This document shows positions 60,365 to 64,000 of a stretch of 64,000 nucleotides of DNA, in pieces (within the stretch, counting starts at the first letter, position 1; each line of letters opens with the position of its first letter). The stretch is taken from positions 1,346,172-1,410,171 of the forward strand of contig OZ241845.1 of NCBI GenBank assembly GCA_965202725.1. The letters are read 5' to 3'. A program made the translations under genes and the position numbers. Below the pieces are notes generated by a model. It had not been told where the DNA came from. It searched no databases and saw nothing but the letters and a program-made list of their open reading frames with translations. Source of the stretch: Candidatus Poribacteria bacterium. Lineage in GTDB: Bacteria > Poribacteria > WGA-4E > WGA-3G.

Positions 60365-60985
60365 ATGTTTAGCAACAAGGGCCCTCATTACTCTGCGAAA
60401 TGCCCTTTCTACATATCGCCCAATAATCCACTTTCGGCGGAAACATCTGTCAACCGGTGTGTGCGGTGTGCCACTTGTGGTCATCCGCGTCTTGAAGGCA
60501 TGCGCGCTGATTTCCGTCAAGTCGCCTATCTCACGATCCTTGAAGAAGAGCCAAAATATGATCCTGACGACCCCAGCGGTGCGAGTTTCATTACATTTAT
60601 GAAAGCGCGTATCTGCGGACGGCTCTGGTCGGAACGCAGGAAAGAGGCGAAGTACATCCCGTTTTCGCATGACGAACCCTTTGTGGAGGACCGTCGCCCG
60701 AACCCTTTGGGCGAGTCATTGACCGCGGAAGCCTGTGCGTCTGAAAGCCTTGAAGATGAGGTCTGTCAGAAAGTGGAAATCGAACAGTTTCGGTCTGTTT
60801 TGCCACAGCTACTCAAAAGGCTGTCAAAAAAGGAACAGCAGGCGATCATGTTGAAGTATTTCAAACATTGTTCGGGGTTAGAAATCTCGCATCAGTTATC
60901 TGTCTCCGAAGGTCGAGTGAGTCAGTTGCTGAAAAGTGCGCTCTCGAAACTCAAAAAATCCCATTCGAAAATAGCAGGTGAGTGA
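60365..60985 (+). CDS. sigma70-family sigma factor (FliA-like region 4) with a Cys-rich N-terminus
   Basis: YDPD..SGASFITF (region 2) and LSKKEQ...EISHQLSVSEGRVSQL..SALSKLK; AAGGAG RBS. Confidence 0.8.
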   Translation: MFSNKGPHYSAKCPFYISPNNPLSAETSVNRCVRCATCGHPRLEGMRADFRQVAYLTILEEEPKYDPDDPSGASFITFMKARICGRLWSERRKEAKYIPFSHDEPFVEDRRPNPLGESLTAEACASESLEDEVCQKVEIEQFRSVLPQLLKRLSKKEQQAIMLKYFKHCSGLEISHQLSVSEGRVSQLLKSALSKLKKSHSKIAGE

Positions 60986-61021
60986 TCTGACGAACACTGC
61001 CGGTGTTTTTTGAAAAAAAAA

Positions 61022-61048
61022 CTAAAGTTTTCGCAACACGATGCATAT
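61022..61048 (+). promoter_or_regulatory. Second CTAAA-N16-GCATAT motif upstream of the hypothetical-protein cluster
   Basis: Matches 60267-60293. Confidence 0.55.
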
Positions 61049-61120
61049 TATAAGGGAAAGTTCATTATTAGCACCACTGCCCGGTTTCCCGTTCACTTTT
61101 CGATGACTTGGAGGTAAAGT

Positions 61121-61912
61121 ATGTTCCGAGCGATTTCCCCGTCCCGATTGCTAATTATAGGTCTTGTTTTCTTTGCGCTGGTTGCTGCAGGAACGCAGCT
61201 GTATAGTTGGTATGTCAAACGCACGACTGAAGCTGCGTTAGAACGGCATGACAGATTTTTACATGGACTCGCGAAGAAAAACGAAACACGCCCTGTAGAA
61301 GCTGTTAACCTTCCGACAGAGAACGAGACACCCGGCAACACCGCCGAAAAAATAGATGAGCCAGAGATGGCTGACAGCATAGATGTATTACCGACAGGTG
61401 CGGAACCTTCTGAGTTCGCGGATGTAGGGGATGCTTTCCTGCCCGGTGATTTTCTTTCGGAAGCGGCACGTGCTGAAGAGGTACCTGTTTCGCCCTTCGG
61501 ATTCGGACCCTATCCTGAGATACCTGCGGATTACCCGCATCTTCAGAGTTGGGATCAAATCTCAGATGATGGCGATCCAGAGTGGGAGTTAATGGATCGT
61601 GTGATGATAAAGCTCTGGACACAGGGAACGCACGTCATCGCTGCGAATATGGAGAATGGCTTGGTATATCCGATACTCCCGGATATCCTTTATTTAAAAT
61701 GGGATGAGTTCGAGGGTTCTGATGGACCCGTCAGATACATATCAGAGATGATAGGCGATCCGGCGGCTGCCATGCGCTTAGAGGACATCATTGAAAACAA
61801 AGATAAAGATGAAAGCCTCTCCGAAGCCGATCTGCCTTCAGATATAACTTTCATTGCTTATAGTGAAGGGGCCATTAACCCCCACACATTTTTGGATTTA
61901 CCTACAAAATAG
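61121..61912 (+). CDS. Hypothetical membrane-anchored acidic protein
   Basis: N-terminal TM, VSPFGFGPYPEIPADYP motif and GGAGG RBS. Confidence 0.75.
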   Translation: MFRAISPSRLLIIGLVFFALVAAGTQLYSWYVKRTTEAALERHDRFLHGLAKKNETRPVEAVNLPTENETPGNTAEKIDEPEMADSIDVLPTGAEPSEFADVGDAFLPGDFLSEAARAEEVPVSPFGFGPYPEIPADYPHLQSWDQISDDGDPEWELMDRVMIKLWTQGTHVIAANMENGLVYPILPDILYLKWDEFEGSDGPVRYISEMIGDPAAAMRLEDIIENKDKDESLSEADLPSDITFIAYSEGAINPHTFLDLPTK

Positions 61913-61929
61913 GAGAGGAGAGTACACCC

Positions 61930-62680
61930 ATGAAAAATATGAAAGTCGCCCTGAGCTTGATATTCACACTCTTTTTATGTGTGGACCCTTTGAAGGCCTA
62001 CAACTCACTGCTCTACAAGAAAACCTCAAATGAAAAGTTTGCCCGCTCCATAGCCCAAGATCGGCCGGGGCCACCAAATATGGTCAGTGCCTATACGAAG
62101 GCAAAATCTGAAGTGGATATAGACCACCCAGAGGAAAATCGTGGAGAAAATCATATTGTGTATGAAGGATATGCTTACCTTAAAGCCTATGGGTGGAAAG
62201 GTACCTACAGTATATCTGCTTCCGCATACAGCCAGTCTCTGTCGCAAAGTGGTAAATGGTGGTCTTCGGTGTATAAGCAGCTAAACCCAAAGCAGACGGT
62301 TAGCTATTCGTTTAATCTCGATGACAGTTATGCGATAGATTATTTTTCTGCTGCGCCCGGAAAAGCGGCTGTAAAAGGTACGCTTTATCAGTCTGACCCC
62401 ACAAGTACTTTTAAGTCTGAAGACGACTGGGCCAGACCTGATTTTTCCGCATCCACACCGCGTCGACTATTCTGTGTCTGCCCGCGTGGGAGATCAAACC
62501 CCTGATGCCAAAATGGATTCTGCTGGTTTTATGAGCAATCAACGATTCACTTCTCCAAAACAGGTAAGTGTTTTCCAACAAGGAAACACTCGTTGGGATG
62601 GTGACGCTTATGCCAGCAGCTCTATTTCGGTTCATAATGACCAAGATAATTGGCGTTTCTGTGCGGATCCGCCACCATAG
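61930..62680 (+). pseudogene. Secreted hypothetical protein, probably frameshifted near 62455
   Basis: Signal peptide; protein-like sequence continues in another frame (VDYSVSARVGD...CADPPP*). Confidence 0.5.
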
Positions 62681-62781
62681 GTATCAATCACCATGGAAGT
62701 GTCTGATGACTCTCATCGTGATCAGACCCTTCCGCGCTACTTTCCGCCCATCGTCAGCAAAACATGTAGGAGGCAAATGCA

Positions 62782-64000
62782 ATGTTCGGTCAAAAAAGAC
62801 GAAGTTTTTATAGCGTGTGCATAACTCTCATCGTTTTTACCGCCATCTTAGGTGGCACGTTTTTCTTTTTTCACAACACGAACGGGCGCGTCCATAAAGA
62901 AGCCCAAACACATATCGATAACCTCTTGTCGCTTTCTGGAAAATTAACACCCGAAGAAAAACAGGCTTTTCTCTCTCAGACACAAGCGCTCGGCAAAATT
63001 ATGGATCAGCAACTCAAAGACAGGCATCAGAGCGACCCGATTATCTCTGATGAGGAATTAGCACGAATCCAGAAACACACGATGGCGTTAGTGCAAGAAA
63101 ACCCTGAACTTGCCATACACGCCCATGGCCCTGGAGCAGATCATACACACGGATCTGAAACGGGGAACGGAGAAAATCATACATGGATTCAAGAGGAACT
63201 TGCTGGTATCAATGCTGCCATTGAAGAAGTCAGAAGATCAAACGCTTCAGAGAGTGCCAAAGAAGCCCTCCTTTCCGTGCTTGAACACCGCCGTCTTTTT
63301 CTGATGAACCATGAAAAGGACTCTACTGAATTAGAAGAAAAATTAATGGAATTCTCCCAGGCGGACCCAAACATTATCGGTGTCACAAAAAGCCATATCA
63401 CAGGAGAATATACCCCCGTCTACCGGAATATGCTGACGCTCACTATACATCAGTATACGCAGACAGACGGAACTGTTGGCGATATGTACGTTGCCACCTC
63501 CAGTCATGCCACTGACCCAGAAGTCGCAGCACTGCTGACCCCATATCTGGAGGCTTTAGAGACCTTGCCTCCTTGGGAAGTGCCACCACCGCCAGAGCAC
63601 AAGGACTTGCGACTGACGATCAAATACGCCGATAATTATCGAAAAGGGAACGCTAAAGAGATGCCAGATGAAATGCTACAAACGGCTGAACAGTTCCCGG
63701 ACGAAATCGTTGAACTGTCAGAAGCTCCTTCTACAGAAACAGGTACCTCCGACGCTGCATATCCGGATCCCATTGTCACGGAAGAAGAAGTCGCTTCTTG
63801 GCGCGGGGCATTAGAAAATATACAAGGGTCCGCAGAGGGTGAGATGGTGGAGATACGCGAGTTGTTTGAGGATGCTATCGGCATCCCGATGGATCGTTTC
63901 TTGGAGATGACGGACGCTGAAATTGAAGCCGAATTTAGCAAATACTTTTCGGAGGCCCCACTTGAAAAACGGGTAATGCCCGCTGCCGCTACGGATGTGT
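62782..64000 (+). CDS. Hypothetical membrane-anchored acidic protein, running off the window (absent from the ORF track)
   Basis: AGGAGG RBS, then ATG 62782 (MFGQKRRSFYSVCITLIVFTAILGG...); read by hand as open to the window end. Confidence 0.75.
   Translation, partial: MFGQKRRSFYSVCITLIVFTAILGGTFFFFHNTNGRVHKEAQTHIDNLLSLSGKLTPEEKQAFLSQTQALGKIMDQQLKDRHQSDPIISDEELARIQKHTMALVQENPELAIHAHGPGADHTHGSETGNGENHTWIQEELAGINAAIEEVRRSNASESAKEALLSVLEHRRLFLMNHEKDSTELEEKLMEFSQADPNIIGVTKSHITGEYTPVYRNMLTLTIHQYTQTDGTVGDMYVATSSHATDPEVAALLTPYLEALETLPPWEVPPPPEHKDLRLTIKYADNYRKGNAKEMPDEMLQTAEQFPDEIVELSEAPSTETGTSDAAYPDPIVTEEEVASWRGALENIQGSAEGEMVEIRELFEDAIGIPMDRFLEMTDAEIEAEFSKYFSEAPLEKRVMPAAATDV

Overview
Bacterial chromosomal window. 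Gene style (PhyH-like dioxygenases, CotH/lamin-tail proteins, FGE-sulfatase paralogues, a giant secreted protein ending in ...KLTTTWGDVK) suggests Candidatus Poribacteria; this is an inference. The housekeeping backbone includes aspartate kinase, potA, gatB, nadB, valS, hpf, rpoN, lptBAC, a lipid A acyltransferase, a MATE pump and an ECF sigma/anti-sigma/RseB-like operon. The main finding is a split diversity-generating retroelement (DGR). A stand-alone, AAC-rich template repeat (TR, 13983-14099) has no reverse transcriptase or avd gene in the window. It matches the 3' variable region of an FGE-sulfatase/CLec gene 23 kb away on the opposite strand (37088-37204) with 22 mismatches, all at TR adenines. 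The paralogous gene right next to the TR (VR 13282-13398) has 11 non-adenine mismatches and looks like the product of a different TR. Both targets share promoter, leader, IMH and a downstream hairpin, and both abut GTAG-type REP repeats. The window also holds two diverged IS607 copies that share an in-frame TGA in tnpA and a RuvC-III Asp-to-Ala change in TnpB, a FliA-like sigma with an apparent cognate promoter motif, and an RpoN with a roughly 100-aa insertion. All alignments and counts were done by eye.
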